Source: Clostridia bacterium (GTDB lineage: Bacteria; Bacillota; Clostridia; Oscillospirales; CAG-272). Taken from it: a stretch of 64,000 bases of DNA. Below, piece by piece: positions 61,938 to 64,000 of the stretch. Made by a program: the position numbers and the translations under genes. The stretch is taken from contig JAFSAM010000044.1 in assembly GCA_017441005.1 (NCBI GenBank), forward strand, positions 31,049-95,048, given 5' to 3'. The notes under the pieces are model-generated. The model ran no database searches and was not told where the DNA came from. It saw only the letters and a list, made by a program, of their open reading frames with translations. Positions within the stretch are counted from its first letter, which is position 1. Each line of letters begins with the position of its first letter.

Positions 61938-64000
61938 ATGTATTCCGACATTGAGAAGCTTATCGGTTTGCTTGAAAAAACGAATAAGCATTATGATATT
62001 GAAAAAATAAAAAAAGCATATTTGAAAGCGAAGGAATTGCATGATGGGCAGTTCAGAGCAAGCGGAGAGCCGTTTGTATCGCACCCGATCGCCGTTGCTG
62101 AAATTGTAGCGAAGCTGGAGCTTGACACTTCGTCGATATGTGCGGCATTGCTTCACGATACGGTAGAGGACTGCGGTTGTGACCTCAGGGATATCGAGCG
62201 CGAATTCGGGGCTGAGACCGCTATGCTTGTAGATGGCTTAACAAAGCTTGTAAGGATCCCATTTGAGGATAAAGAAGAGGAACACATGGAAAACCTGCGA
62301 AAGATGTTTCTCGCGATGTCCAGGGATATTCGAGTTATATTCATTAAGCTCTGCGACAGACTTCACAATATGCGTACTCTTTCCGCAAAGCCACCAAAGA
62401 AACAGAGGATAACTGCGCTTGAAACAATGTATGTGTATGCTCCGTTGGCGCACAGACTCGGTATGCAGAAGATCAATCATGAGCTTGAGAATTTATCTTT
62501 GGCATACCTCGATCCCATCGGTTATGACGAAATAAAGAATACCATTCAGGAAAAATACGGACAGAACAAGGATTTTCTTGAGAGAGCGAGAAATTATATT
62601 TCGGAAAAGCTGACAGAAAACGGAATTAAGTTTACGCTTGACGGCAGAATCAAATCTGTATACAGCACGTATAAAAAGATGTTCGAGCAAAACAAGCAGT
62701 TTGACGAGATATACGATTTTTATGCATTGCGTGTGATCGTAGATACCGAGCTTGAATGCTATACGGTTCTTGGTATAATCCATGATATGTTCAAGTCCGT
62801 TCCGGGAAGATTTAAGGATTATATTTCAACACCCAAGCCCAATCTTTACCGTTCGCTTCATACTACGGTAATAGGAAGAGACGGTGTTCCTTTTGAGGTG
62901 CAGATAAGAACATGGGATATGCACCACATTGCGGAATACGGTCTGGCGGCTCATTGGAAATATAAGACAGGCGAAAAGAGCAACAAGGACGAGATAGACG
63001 AAAAGCTCAATTGGATCGCAAAGATAATTGAAAGCCAGGATTATTCGGGCGACTCCGACGAGTTTATGGATATGTTGAAAATAGACATATTCCACGACGA
63101 AACTTTTGTGTTTACTCCGAAGGGGGACGTTATAACTCTTCCGTATGGCTCGACTGTAATTGACTTTGCTTATGCTATTCACTCGGCTGTAGGAAATAAA
63201 ATGGTTGGCGCAAAGATAAACGGCGCTATTGTACCAATCGACAGAGTTCCGAAAAACGGAGAGATTGTAGAGATACTGACAAGCTCAGGCGCAAAGGGAC
63301 CGAGCAGAGACTGGCTTAATATAGTAAAAACCTCCGAGGCAAGAACGAAGATACGTCAGTGGTTCAAAAAAGAACGCAAGGCGGAAAATATCACCGTTGG
63401 TAAGGCGGAGATCGAAAAAGAGTTCAGGAAATACGAAAGATATTATACCGACGAGCAAAGAGACGAGATACTCACAAACGTTTCAAGCCGTCTCGGTGTA
63501 CAGTCTCTTGATGATTTTTATAACGTTTTGGGCTACGGCGGTCTCAGCTTGTCGAAGATATCGGCAAAGCTCAAAGATGAGTTTGATCGTGTCGTAAAGG
63601 TCGAGGCAAATGCAGACACCAAGTTTGATTTAACCAAGATCAAGACCACACAAAAGGTGAGCAAAAATACCGGAGGCGTAATTGTCGACGGAGTGGAAGA
63701 CTGTCAGGTCAAGTTTGCCAAGTGCTGTAACCCTCTTCCAGGAGATTCGATAATCGGGTTTATAACCAAGGGATACGGTATATCCATTCATAAGAGGGAT
63801 TGTCCCAATGTTGAAACCAATATAATCAAAGAGGAATACAATGATCGCTGGGTAAGTGCGTACTGGGATCTTCCTTCAATGACGCAGGGCGGCGGGTTGT
63901 TTGAGGCTGTTATTAAGATCTTTGCAACAAACAGTATGACGCTTTTGGCAGACATAACGATGATATTAGCGGATATGAAGGTAACATTGATGCAGATCAA
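61938..64000 (+). CDS. relA: Bifunctional (p)ppGpp synthetase/hydrolase RelA/SpoT (RSH). The 3' end lies beyond the right edge.
   Basis: Absent from the ORF track because it is edge-truncated. ATG 61938 follows AAGAGG. Translation: MYSDIEKLIGLLEKTNKHYDIEKIKKAYLKAKELHDGQFRASGEPFVSHPIAVAEIVAKLELDTSSICAALLHDTVED (HD domain). Later come ...PGRFKDYISTPKPNLYRSLHTTV (synthetase) and a TGS region. Confidence 0.92.
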   Translation, partial: MYSDIEKLIGLLEKTNKHYDIEKIKKAYLKAKELHDGQFRASGEPFVSHPIAVAEIVAKLELDTSSICAALLHDTVEDCGCDLRDIEREFGAETAMLVDGLTKLVRIPFEDKEEEHMENLRKMFLAMSRDIRVIFIKLCDRLHNMRTLSAKPPKKQRITALETMYVYAPLAHRLGMQKINHELENLSLAYLDPIGYDEIKNTIQEKYGQNKDFLERARNYISEKLTENGIKFTLDGRIKSVYSTYKKMFEQNKQFDEIYDFYALRVIVDTELECYTVLGIIHDMFKSVPGRFKDYISTPKPNLYRSLHTTVIGRDGVPFEVQIRTWDMHHIAEYGLAAHWKYKTGEKSNKDEIDEKLNWIAKIIESQDYSGDSDEFMDMLKIDIFHDETFVFTPKGDVITLPYGSTVIDFAYAIHSAVGNKMVGAKINGAIVPIDRVPKNGEIVEILTSSGAKGPSRDWLNIVKTSEARTKIRQWFKKERKAENITVGKAEIEKEFRKYERYYTDEQRDEILTNVSSRLGVQSLDDFYNVLGYGGLSLSKISAKLKDEFDRVVKVEANADTKFDLTKIKTTQKVSKNTGGVIVDGVEDCQVKFAKCCNPLPGDSIIGFITKGYGISIHKRDCPNVETNIIKEEYNDRWVSAYWDLPSMTQGGGLFEAVIKIFATNSMTLLADITMILADMKVTLMQI

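Noticed and set aside
61938-64000. The recJ-relA region as a possible unusual feature, because relA is missing from the ORF track
   Set aside because: relA is missing from the track only because the gene runs off the right edge. Translation gives a standard RSH protein, and recJ-relA adjacency is common in Firmicutes.

Overview
This window looks like a chromosomal segment of a low-GC Gram-positive, Clostridia-like genome. Supporting signs are a CIRCE-controlled groES-groEL, cdaA-cdaR, a DUF1540 gene, GGAGG-type Shine-Dalgarno sites and TTGxxx-N16/17-TATAAT promoters. I saw no rRNA, tRNA, CRISPR array, transposase, integrase or phage genes.

Two tandem arrays of proteins I cannot assign to a characterised family stand out.

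(1) Positions 1-16372 hold fourteen co-directional minus-strand paralogs (A0-A13, about 355-432 aa). All share an invariant Cys motif (GN[HN]C[SQ][SA][SC][MI]), an invariant His motif (GHxR[MLF][VI]) and a conserved extreme C-terminus (AGIARG....F.F). Seven carry a lipoprotein signal peptide plus an acidic linker and seven have no signal. The two forms are interleaved within sequence subclades. This array is my main candidate for an undescribed system: a diversified papain-like hydrolase family, which is inference only.

(2) Positions 27979-32692 hold four co-directional minus-strand paralogs (B1-B4, about 370 aa) with no signal peptide. They share an invariant FSLDDNIW...FHAN...RPY...LHEQYFYPEF core. 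They sit among three Gfo/Idh/MocA-type genes and a polytopic membrane protein.

The remaining genes are mostly housekeeping:
- Nucleoside, lipid and stress genes: udp-like phosphorylase, PAP2 phosphatase, an alpha/beta hydrolase, groESL, a Na+/alanine symporter and hom.
- Peptidases and transport: a transglutaminase-like protein, a U32 peptidase, an M29 aminopeptidase, and a 1139-aa fused ABC ATPase/FtsX permease with an internally duplicated giant extracytoplasmic domain.
- Lipid and sugar genes: a CDP-alcohol phosphatidyltransferase and an FGGY kinase.
- Envelope genes: a GT-C-like membrane protein, and an operon of a MurE-like ligase, AsnB and an ATP-grasp ligase that may tailor the peptidoglycan stem peptide.
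- Others: rpe, ispD-ispF, cdaA-cdaR, a COG2509 FAD protein, RseC-like, recJ and an edge-truncated relA/spoT.

All functional calls come from motif reading by eye. No database search was possible.
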